Source of the DNA: Gammaproteobacteria bacterium
Lineage (GTDB): Bacteria; Pseudomonadota; Gammaproteobacteria; Methylohalomonadales; Methylohalomonadaceae
DNA length: 64,000 nt
Direction of reading: 5' to 3'
Assembly (NCBI GenBank): GCA_040905025.1
Contig: JBBDSJ010000126.1
Location: 5,833-69,832 of the forward strand
Positions 40,032 to 47,479 of this stretch are shown here, piece after piece (the first letter of the stretch is position 1; each line of letters opens with the position of its first letter). The notes under the pieces are model-generated. The model was not told the DNA's origin, made no database searches, and saw only the letters and a program-made list of their open reading frames with translations. The position numbers and the translations under genes were made by a program.

Positions 40032-41320
40032 TGCGTATCGTGATCCGTGGTGGCCGTGTGATCGATCCGGCAACACAGCTTGATGCCAGCGCCGATGTGT
40101 ATATTGCCGATGGCCGCATTGCCGGCATTGACACCGTCCCCGACTTTACTGCCGACCGCGTCATTGATGCCGGTAACATGCTGGTAATACCGGGGCTGGT
40201 GGATTTGTGTGCGCGCCTGCGTGAACCCGGCCTGGAGCACAAGGCGACCATTGCCAGCGAAACCCGCGCCGCCGCTGCGGCCGGTATTACAACATTATGC
40301 GTACCACCGGACACCGACCCGGTCATTGATACACCGGCCGTGGTCGACATGATTCAGCGCCGCAGCCGCCAGCTCGGGCGCATCAGTGTGAAAATTCTCG
40401 GCGCACTGACCCGCGGTCTTGACGGTAAACGGCTGGCGGAAATGGACGCCCTGAAAAATGCCGGTTGTATCGGTGTCAGTAATGCCCTGCAACCGATGGC
40501 CAACGCACAGGCATTGCGGCGGGCATTTGAATATGCCGTAAGTTGTGGCTTGAAAGTATATCTTTACGCTGAAGACGCGCACCTGCGCGACAGCGGCGTC
40601 GCCAGTGAAGGCGCTGTCAGTACCCGGCTGGGACTGCCCGGCATACCTGAAACCGTAGAAACAGTAGCGCTGGCACAGGCACTATTGCTGGCCGAACAAA
40701 CCGGCGCACATGTGCACTTTTGCCGCCTGAGTTCCGCCCGCGCCGTCGCCATGCTGGCCGATGCCCAGTCACGTGGCCTGGCGGTAACAGCGGACGTCGC
40801 CATTACCCATCTGCATCTGACCGACGCAGCGCTGGCACAGTACGATCCCAATTGTCATCTATTACCGCCATTGCGCAGCGAGGATGATCGACGTGCACTC
40901 TGCCGGGGCGTACAAACCGGTGTCATCAGTGCCATCTGTTCCGATCATCAGCCGCATGACGATGACGCCAAGGCCGGCCCGTTCGTGACAACACAAGCCG
41001 GCGCATCAACACTGGAACACTTGCTGCCGCTGACGCTGCAACTTGTCAGCGAGAATCATCTTGACATGACCACGGCCATCGCCGCGATCACTGCACGTGC
41101 CGCCGAAGTTCTCGGACTCAATGTGGGCAGCCTGCAGACCGGCCGCAGTGCCGATGTCTGTATCGTTGATCCGGCGGCGACATGGGTTGTCAGTGCCGAC
41201 ACGTTGCAAAGTGCCGGCAAGAACACACCGTTTCTTGGCCAGACATTGCAGGGCCGCGTGCAGCAAACACTGCGGCGGGGCCAATTCAGTTTTGATATTA
41301 ACGATTCCAGACTCGCATGA
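40031..41320 (+). CDS. pyrC': dihydroorotase-like protein, probably non-catalytic PyrC'
   Basis: 429 aa amidohydrolase fold. The metal-binding HxH position reads PGLVDLCARLREPG (no His-x-His). Its start overlaps the pyrB stop. Confidence 0.8.
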   Translation: MRIVIRGGRVIDPATQLDASADVYIADGRIAGIDTVPDFTADRVIDAGNMLVIPGLVDLCARLREPGLEHKATIASETRAAAAAGITTLCVPPDTDPVIDTPAVVDMIQRRSRQLGRISVKILGALTRGLDGKRLAEMDALKNAGCIGVSNALQPMANAQALRRAFEYAVSCGLKVYLYAEDAHLRDSGVASEGAVSTRLGLPGIPETVETVALAQALLLAEQTGAHVHFCRLSSARAVAMLADAQSRGLAVTADVAITHLHLTDAALAQYDPNCHLLPPLRSEDDRRALCRGVQTGVISAICSDHQPHDDDAKAGPFVTTQAGASTLEHLLPLTLQLVSENHLDMTTAIAAITARAAEVLGLNVGSLQTGRSADVCIVDPAATWVVSADTLQSAGKNTPFLGQTLQGRVQQTLRRGQFSFDINDSRLA

Positions 41321-42225
41321 ACGCTACTGTTGTTGACCACCCCGCGACGCGCGGCACGATTTATCCCGAAACCGGCGAAATTCTCGCGCATACCGCGCAC
41401 GCGGCCGAACAATATGTGTTGCGATTGCTGGCCCCGGAAATTGCCGCGCATGCCGAACCCGGCAGTTTTGTGCATCTGCAGGTACATCCCACCTTGCTCA
41501 TGCGCCGACCCATGTCGATCATGCGCGCTGATGCAAAAGCCGGCTGGATCGATATCCTTTACAAGGCGCACGGTGAGGGCACACGGCTGCTGGCAACACG
41601 TAAACCCGGCGAAACGATTGAGCTGATGGGGCCGATCGGCATACCGTTCAAGCTCAGTGGTTACCGGCCGCGGCCGCTGCTGATTGGCGGTGGCGTCGGC
41701 ATGCCACCGATGGTGTTTCTGGCCGAACATTTGCGCAAGCACGCAGCGGATACCCAGCCGCTGGTGATCCTTGGCTCGGAAGTACCGTTCCCGTTCAAGC
41801 CGCGGCCATCACAAATCCTGGTGCCGAACCTGCCGGCCGATGTCATCGCCTGCATGCCGTTACTGGAAGACTGGGGGATCCCGAGCCGCCTGTGCAGTCA
41901 GCAGGATTTTGCCGGTTGCCACCAGGGCTTTGTCACCGATCTGGCACGTCACTGGCTGGAAGCCATGCCGAAGCGGCAGCATGAAGAAATCGAGATATTC
42001 TGCTGCGGGCCGACACCGATGTTGGAGGCCGTCGCCTGGCTGGCACAGGAATTCGATCTGCCGTGCCAGGTGTCGATGGAAGAATACATGGCCTGCGCGG
42101 TCGGCGGCTGTGCCGGCTGCGTCGTTGAAGTCATGACCGATGCCGGCCCGAGCATGCAGCGTGTCTGCGTCGATGGACCGGTCTTTGAAGCGCACCGCGT
42201 GTTCCCGCGGCCACAACCGGCATAG
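41317..42225 (+). CDS. PyrK-like FAD/NAD(P)-binding oxidoreductase with C-terminal 2Fe-2S motif
   Basis: 302 aa. The flavin motif is RRPMSIM and the NAD fold is LLIGGGVGMPPM. CCGPTPM is present, and the Cys cluster is MACAVGGCAGC...VCVDGPVF. ATGA overlaps pyrC'. Confidence 0.75.
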   Translation: MNATVVDHPATRGTIYPETGEILAHTAHAAEQYVLRLLAPEIAAHAEPGSFVHLQVHPTLLMRRPMSIMRADAKAGWIDILYKAHGEGTRLLATRKPGETIELMGPIGIPFKLSGYRPRPLLIGGGVGMPPMVFLAEHLRKHAADTQPLVILGSEVPFPFKPRPSQILVPNLPADVIACMPLLEDWGIPSRLCSQQDFAGCHQGFVTDLARHWLEAMPKRQHEEIEIFCCGPTPMLEAVAWLAQEFDLPCQVSMEEYMACAVGGCAGCVVEVMTDAGPSMQRVCVDGPVFEAHRVFPRPQPA

Positions 42226-42243
42226 GTCAAGCAGCAGCCGCTG

Positions 42244-42969
42244 ATGGAGGCCATGTCGCGCCCGGTCAGTAGCCGCCAGACCGGCGTGCATCCGGAGCTG
42301 ACCCGACTGCTTGCCCGGCGCCGCGCCTGCGCGTATCGCAAACCGATCCATCCGGCCAGTGCCGCCGCATTTGCCAGCGCCGATCAGTTTTACCGTGAAT
42401 GCAAACAACCCGTCGTGCTGGATGCCGGCTGTGGCACCGGCGCAAGCAGTTATTTGCTGGCGGAACAACACCCCGACGCGATCATCATTGCTGTGGACAA
42501 ATCCGCGTATCGCCTGGCCCGGCGGCAGGGCAAACAGCATCAGCGGGTCATGCACGTACGCGCGGACTTGATCGATTTCTGGCGGCTGGCAGCAGCCAGC
42601 GGCTGGAAACTGCAACATCACTATCTGCTCTATCCGAACCCGTGGCCGAAACCGGAACATCTGGCGCGGCGCTGGCATGGCCATCCGGTATTGCCGTGGC
42701 TGCTGGCGCTGGGCGGGACGCTGGAATTGCGCTGCAACTGGCAAGTGTATGCCGAAGAATTTGCGGCGGCGCTGACATTGCTACTGCAGCGGCCAATCAG
42801 CGCTATACGCCTCGACGACCCGGGCGAACCATTGAGCCCGTTTGAGCGCAAATATACCGCCAGCGGCCATATCCTGTACTGCTGTCAGGCACAAATCCGG
42901 ATCGGGGAACGAACCCGGTGGTTACAGGAAACCAACCAGCTGGTTCCTGGCAACCAACCGCAACCATGA
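42244..42969 (+). CDS. TrmB-like SAM-dependent methyltransferase
   Basis: 241 aa. The SAM motif is VLDAGCGTGASS. LYPNPWPKPEHLARRWHGHP resembles the TrmB FPDPWxKxRHxKRR block. Confidence 0.7.
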   Translation: MEAMSRPVSSRQTGVHPELTRLLARRRACAYRKPIHPASAAAFASADQFYRECKQPVVLDAGCGTGASSYLLAEQHPDAIIIAVDKSAYRLARRQGKQHQRVMHVRADLIDFWRLAAASGWKLQHHYLLYPNPWPKPEHLARRWHGHPVLPWLLALGGTLELRCNWQVYAEEFAAALTLLLQRPISAIRLDDPGEPLSPFERKYTASGHILYCCQAQIRIGERTRWLQETNQLVPGNQPQP

Positions 42970-43053
42970 ACCAGGCAGCAACCAGCCCTGACCAAATCCG
43001 AAAATAACATATAAACTATTGTTTTTATGGGGTTCCCAAGATAATCATGAGAT

Positions 43054-43069
43054 TGGCACGGCGAATGCA
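43054..43069 (+). promoter_or_regulatory. sigma-54-type -24/-12 promoter candidate upstream of pqqA-1
   Basis: TGGCACGgcgaATGCA has exact GG-N10-GC spacing and lies about 58 nt before the pqqA ATG. It is conserved in copy 2. Confidence 0.55.
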
Positions 43070-43126
43070 TCATTAACAGCAAGGTGCAACTAAACGCCTG
43101 ACTAATTCAAACACGGAGATACGAAC

Positions 43127-43201
43127 ATGCAATGGTCAACCCCAAGCTACAATGACATCCGCTTTGGTTTCGAAGTGACGATGTACATCAACAACAAGTA
43201 A
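43127..43201 (+). CDS. pqqA: PQQ precursor peptide PqqA (24 aa), copy 1
   Basis: GGAG lies 9 nt upstream. The peptide MQWSTPSYNDIRFGFEVTMYINNK contains the conserved PqqA core FEVTMY (Glu-x3-Tyr). It is below the ORF-track size cutoff. Confidence 0.85.
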   Translation: MQWSTPSYNDIRFGFEVTMYINNK

Positions 43202-43225
43202 TCCAGTAGATTACAGTTGTTAAAC

Positions 43226-43255
43226 AAACCCCGCTCCGGCGGGGTTTTGTTTTTT
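43226..43255 (+). terminator. rho-independent terminator after pqqA-1
   Basis: ccccgc tccg gcgggg stem-loop followed by ttttgtttttt. Confidence 0.8.
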
Positions 43256-43684
43256 GGCTCATTGAAAATCTGTCAATAACTTTGGCTTCTAAACCTGCCT
43301 GTATCAGTAAAACCGATCCCAACTTGTATGGCTAATAACGCTCGCGGGAATGAACGTATACGCGCCAAATTATCGAGTATCAAATCCGTAGCATACGCTT
43401 GAGTTGTCAGTCAGTCACCGCCAGTGCATTCGAGTTTGGAGTAGAATAGTTCGCTGCCCTCTGCTAGGCAAACCTCTGCAGGATATAAAGGCTTCATATC
43501 ATTTATAAACCGCTTCTTGCGAGTCAGTCTGACGGCAATTTTTCACGGTCAGTATCTGCTGTTTATCGTCATCAAGCCCGTTTCAGAAATTGAAAACCGG
43601 AATGCTACTGACCCAATCACTGAATTAATCAGAGACCCCCGAACAGGCATTTAAAAACAGGCTTTTCTGTCATGAAGCACGTGA

Positions 43685-44359
43685 TTAGATCATATTGACA
43701 TTTTTTCGTATAAGGTGAACACATTTGCTGTCGTCTGTCGGATCATACGCGGCCATATAGACATCAATGTCATCTACCTGGTAAATACGTAAATTACTGG
43801 ATGAAAGAAAACCTGCATAGCTAAATAGTACTTTGAAATCAAGATTCCCTTTTTGCAATAGAATATTGATATCGTAGTATTGAAACAGCGCTGCCAATAC
43901 AACAAGAAAACCGAAAGGCAAGAATGTAATATCAAATACCAGTTCCTCAAGCGGGACACCTGTCTGGTTTCCGTACAAGTCCTGGCCTTGAAGTAGAATG
44001 ATGCCAAATATAGATTGCTCGTCGAAATACCATGTGCCGGCAGATATCATAAGCCAGTCATAACCTAGGCCTACGCATAAAAAAAGAAAATATATAAAAA
44101 TCAGAATTGCGTAAATATTGAGTGGCAGCTCGAATTTTTTTTGCAACCAAACCATAAAACCAATAATCCAGATATTGATTACATAAGCAGGCAGCCAAAA
44201 TAATGTATATGTGTATTGCCCGTAATTGATATTGTTTATCTTAGCAATGGCAAAGAGAGAGATTAAATAAACAATACTGAATACCAGTATTATTTTAATG
44301 CTCCTGATATAAAAAGGTGCCCGTACGGACTCAATCTGAGTGTTCTCTTTATTAATCAT
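43685..44359 (-). CDS. hypothetical polytopic membrane protein, very AT-rich
   Basis: 224 aa with about 6 hydrophobic helices. One GVPLEELVF motif is reminiscent of lycopene-cyclase-domain proteins, but only one copy is present. Composition is clearly AT-richer than the surroundings. Confidence 0.5.
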   Translation of the reverse strand: MINKENTQIESVRAPFYIRSIKIILVFSIVYLISLFAIAKINNINYGQYTYTLFWLPAYVINIWIIGFMVWLQKKFELPLNIYAILIFIYFLFLCVGLGYDWLMISAGTWYFDEQSIFGIILLQGQDLYGNQTGVPLEELVFDITFLPFGFLVVLAALFQYYDINILLQKGNLDFKVLFSYAGFLSSSNLRIYQVDDIDVYMAAYDPTDDSKCVHLIRKNVNMI

Positions 44360-44367
44360 GGCAGTCT

Positions 44368-44764
44368 CTAGATTCTAACGAATTCATTAAAAGCTTCGAA
44401 CGGCGTTTGGGCACCCAGCACTTTACATGGTCTACCGCTCAGTAGTCCTGGACCTTGCGGATTTGACACGCACTTACTTCATTAGAATCGGTTCATTTAG
44501 GAAAGTACTGGCGGATCAGGCCATTGGTATTTTCATTGGTACCGCGACCCGGGGACTTTGTGGATGGGCAAAATACACTTGCATTTCCGTCTCCCGGTAA
44601 CTAAGCGATACCTGCTCATCTCTTTACCACGGTCATAGGTCAGCGACAACTTCATTCATCTGTTTTGGCATATACTTGAGCTTGTGGGCAAACGCCTTGT
44701 AAACACTGCTGGCATCGTGGGCCGACAGCGGCACCGTGCGGGTGGTGCGTTCGACCAGGTTCAT
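44368..44764 (-). mobile_element. IS30-family transposase remnant (C-terminal part, frameshifted)
   Basis: Minus-strand frames read LTYDRGKEMS, VYFAHPQSP..., ENTNGLIRQYFPK and LSGRPCKVLGAQTPFEAF. These match the C-terminal DDE region of IS30 transposases. The frame is broken by stops and shifts, and the N-terminal two-thirds are missing. Confidence 0.7.
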
Positions 44765-44935
44765 GCGCTAACAACCTTTTGACATGCAACACGTCTCCTG
44801 AATAATGACAGCATTATTATCGCCGTGTTGCGTTGGGAATTAGATACTGCCCCTCTATGTTACAGACGTTACTGGAAGCGGCTGCAGAATTTATTCAAAC
44901 CTGTTGATATACTAATAAGTGTGCATCTGCTTATT

Positions 44936-45319
44936 CTACTTTACTATTACTACACCGCGCATTCCAGCGTTAGCATGGCCGGGCACAGAACAGATGTACT
45001 CATAGCGACCTGACTGATCAAAGCGCACTTGAGTGGTTGTCTCACTGCCACCCTGAATTGTCTCAGTTTCGATATCCATGTTGGTGAAAGTGATGTTATG
45101 CGCGAGTGCACCATGATTTTTAAGTGTTATAGTCAGTATTTGCCCCGCTTCAATTTCAATCTCAGCCGGCAGAAACGCAAACTCCTCGGCAATAAGTTCT
45201 ATGCTTTTTTCTGACTCGGCATGAGCGGCAACCGAGGTGTGCATGACGGCAGATATGGTCACTATAAACATTGCTATATATCGCTTAATAAATGTACTTT
45301 CGACTAATTTTTCTATCAT
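44936..45319 (-). CDS. type-1 copper cupredoxin (plastocyanin/amicyanin-like), secreted
   Basis: 127 aa with a signal peptide. The copper ligand pattern is ..ALAHN.. and CSVPGHANAGM (His, Cys, His, Met). Confidence 0.8.
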   Translation of the reverse strand: MIEKLVESTFIKRYIAMFIVTISAVMHTSVAAHAESEKSIELIAEEFAFLPAEIEIEAGQILTITLKNHGALAHNITFTNMDIETETIQGGSETTTQVRFDQSGRYEYICSVPGHANAGMRGVVIVK

Positions 45320-45351
45320 GATGATTTACTCCTGTTGAATCAGATGTTTAT

Positions 45352-45378
45352 GGAAGCTCTGATTAAATCAGAGGTTCC
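45352..45378. repeat. minimal copy F of the MITE/REP-like family (ends only)
   Basis: ggaagctctgattaaatcagaggttcc: the two family ends abut and form a 13-bp hairpin with one G-G mismatch. Confidence 0.8.
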
Positions 45379-45405
45379 TTTTATATAAATCAAATTTAAG
45401 AGGCG

Positions 45406-45470
45406 GACAGCCCCCCCCAAGTTGCCGGGGTGAGCAACTGGATGGGAGGGGGGGTAAAGGGGGGCTGTCC
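45406..45470 (+). other. nested-hairpin element, copy 2
   Basis: The outer 12-bp stem is ggacagcccccc / ggggggctgtcc. The inner 6-bp stem agttgc / gcaact closes loop cggggtga. ATGGGAG follows. The layout is the same as 25610-25669. Confidence 0.5.
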
Positions 45471-45485
45471 ATAAAAACCAATCGT

Positions 45486-46463
45486 TCAGAGATCAATCAC
45501 CTCGTCTTGTTCATACATGATGTGAAGAAAAGGCTGCGGCATGCCATTTGGCAGCATGAAAGCGGTTTTTAGGGGTGAAAACACCGGCCCGCGTTCACTG
45601 GCCTTCAAAGGAAGCACGACCAGGTGTGTATGTGTAGCCTGTCCGCGAATATGGCGGCGTTCTGGTGCCAGTGGCAGATCTTTCTGGAAAACCAATTGAT
45701 ACTTACGATCGCGCACGATTTCAGTTGTCATCAAATGCATCATGCGATCTGGCTGTGCTAGTTTGCCATTAATATAGATATCGCCTACGCCCCAGAAAGC
45801 GGCGATGGTCTTAACTTCGGGCATAAGCGGCGAACCAATACCGGTGCTACCGTGATGGATGGAATCGAGCATCACACCGCCTTCTGTGTTGTAACCCGGA
45901 AATGGTGGCTTCATCACCATTTTCAGTATTGCTCGGTACTCATTGCCGCTTGGATCAGTGAAATGCGCCTCCATCGTTGCTTTATCAGGCGTTTCATGAG
46001 GCTTGCCTGGCGGGTTATGCTTGACGACATCGGTGAATGTCGCCTTGAAATGCCCTTGAATAATCTCAGCCTTGTCACTAAAAGGGTTCGGATTATTGAA
46101 CCACAGATCGCCCTTATCATCCGGCATACGTGCCATGGCAGGTACGCCCACGAGAATAGGCAATTCCTCAAGTACGTCAGGCACAGTTGGCGGCATTTTA
46201 CCGGCCGCGACCATTTCCCTGGCTGCTTTTATCTTGGGTTCGGGTAACATCCTGGGGTTTTCAGCCGTGCCAAAAATGGCCGGATCCAGCTTGCGCGGCC
46301 CTGGTAAAACCCAGTAAACAATCTTCCCTGCTTCTTGGCGAACTTCGCGTTTTTGAGCTTGCGATTCCGGCTTGGCGCCCGGCTGGTTTGCGCATCCGGC
46401 CAATAGTAATAAACCGGCTGCACCAAGTAGCACTGAACTAAATTTTGTCTTTACAGTGATCAT
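45486..46463 (-). CDS. hypothetical lipoprotein, no family recognised
   Basis: 325 aa. The lipobox is LLLLAGC. It is His-rich in places (SIHHGSTG, ATHTHLVV) and lies upstream of, and co-directional with, the cupredoxin gene. Confidence 0.7.
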   Translation of the reverse strand: MITVKTKFSSVLLGAAGLLLLAGCANQPGAKPESQAQKREVRQEAGKIVYWVLPGPRKLDPAIFGTAENPRMLPEPKIKAAREMVAAGKMPPTVPDVLEELPILVGVPAMARMPDDKGDLWFNNPNPFSDKAEIIQGHFKATFTDVVKHNPPGKPHETPDKATMEAHFTDPSGNEYRAILKMVMKPPFPGYNTEGGVMLDSIHHGSTGIGSPLMPEVKTIAAFWGVGDIYINGKLAQPDRMMHLMTTEIVRDRKYQLVFQKDLPLAPERRHIRGQATHTHLVVLPLKASERGPVFSPLKTAFMLPNGMPQPFLHIMYEQDEVIDL

Positions 46464-46995
46464 CTTCCTGCCCTCATCAATTTGTGATTACAGTGTTATT
46501 GATGCGGTCGGTGCTCTAATATTACAGAGTGTTGCGAATTGGTCTTATTACAGGAAGGAATCCGGAGCCTGGAAGTTGCTCCTGGCATTAGCTACACCTC
46601 TGAGACAGACTGCTTCAAGCAAGCATCTCTCACGATCAAATGATTGAAGCAGAACAATCGATCCGTCGCAGCCACTTTACGGGCGCGGGTAATAATCCCC
46701 GCATTTATAATGATGCTTTAAAGTACAGCTTACGCAGCTTCACGTGCTTTATGACTGGACGCGATCCCGCCGGAATCTATTTTCACCATGTGAGGGTATA
46801 AATTACGCATACTGCCGTACATCAGGCCCATTAACCGACCTCATTCACCCGGCGTGACACCATCAGAGATCCCGGCAAACCGCATTAGAGAGAGTATTTC
46901 GAATTAATGAGAAAATTCAGTTCCAGTTCCCGGTAAATCTTGTGGATTCTCCACCCATAGTTCGCTATCGGCGGAGAAGTACTGCATTCTCCCGT

Positions 46996-47151
46996 CTCGA
47001 CCCGGGCGAACCGCTGAGCCCGTTTGAGCGAAAATACATCGCCAGCAGCCATATGCTGTCTTGCTGTCTGGCACAGACCCGGGCCGAAGAACGAGCCCAA
47101 TGGTTACAGGAAACCTACCAGTTGGTTTCTGACAACCAACAACAACTATGA
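46996..47151 (+). pseudogene. 3' fragment of a TrmB-like methyltransferase gene (duplicate of 42811-42969)
   Basis: Translates to LDPGEPLSPFERKYIASSHMLSCCLAQTRAEERAQWLQETYQLV. The intact gene's end reads DDPGEPLSPFERKYTASGHILYCCQAQIRIGERTRWLQETNQLV. Nothing homologous lies upstream of 46996. Confidence 0.75.
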
Positions 47152-47238
47152 ACCAGGTGACAAACCAGATCCTTTCAAGTCCGGCAAATACCTTATAAGT
47201 CACTGTGTTTAATTAATATTCTAAAATAATCATGAAAT

Positions 47239-47254
47239 TGGCACGGTGGATGCG
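47239..47254 (+). promoter_or_regulatory. sigma-54-type -24/-12 promoter candidate upstream of pqqA-2
   Basis: TGGCACGgtggATGCG has the same spacing and the same distance to the ATG as copy 1. Confidence 0.55.
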
Positions 47255-47313
47255 TAATTGAAAGCAAAGTGCAAGTCAACACCTGCCAATTTCAACTTAG
47301 AAGAGTTATGAAC

Positions 47314-47388
47314 ATGCAATGGTCAACCCCAAGCTACAATGACAAGCGCTTTGGTTTCGAAGTGACGATGTACATCAACAACAAGTAA
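47314..47388 (+). CDS. pqqA: PQQ precursor peptide PqqA (24 aa), copy 2
   Basis: MQWSTPSYNDKRFGFEVTMYINNK differs from copy 1 only in codon 11 (ATC to AAG). Confidence 0.85.
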   Translation: MQWSTPSYNDKRFGFEVTMYINNK

Positions 47389-47412
47389 TCCAGTAGATTA
47401 CAGTTGTTAAAC

Positions 47413-47441
47413 AAACCCCGCTCCGGCGGGGTTTGTTTTTT
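47413..47441 (+). terminator. rho-independent terminator after pqqA-2
   Basis: ccccgc tccg gcgggg followed by tttgtttttt. Confidence 0.8.
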
Positions 47442-47479
47442 GCGGAGACGGAAAGACCCCTCTTATAGTCAGCATCTGA

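Larger units (their letters stand above)
42811..43255 (+). repeat. diverged direct duplication, copy 1 (3' end of methyltransferase gene + pqqA + terminator)
   Basis: Collinear with 46996-47441. The same order holds in both: PGEPLSPFERKY coding block, TGGCACGG promoter-like box, pqqA, terminator. Confidence 0.85.
46996..47441 (+). repeat. diverged direct duplication, copy 2
   Basis: Collinear with 42811-43255 (see copy 1). Confidence 0.85.

Noticed and set aside
42811-47441. The two diverged repeats as template/variable repeats of a diversity-generating retroelement
   Set aside because: There is no reverse transcriptase in or near the region. Differences are not restricted to adenine positions, and the repeat includes non-coding promoter and terminator sequence.
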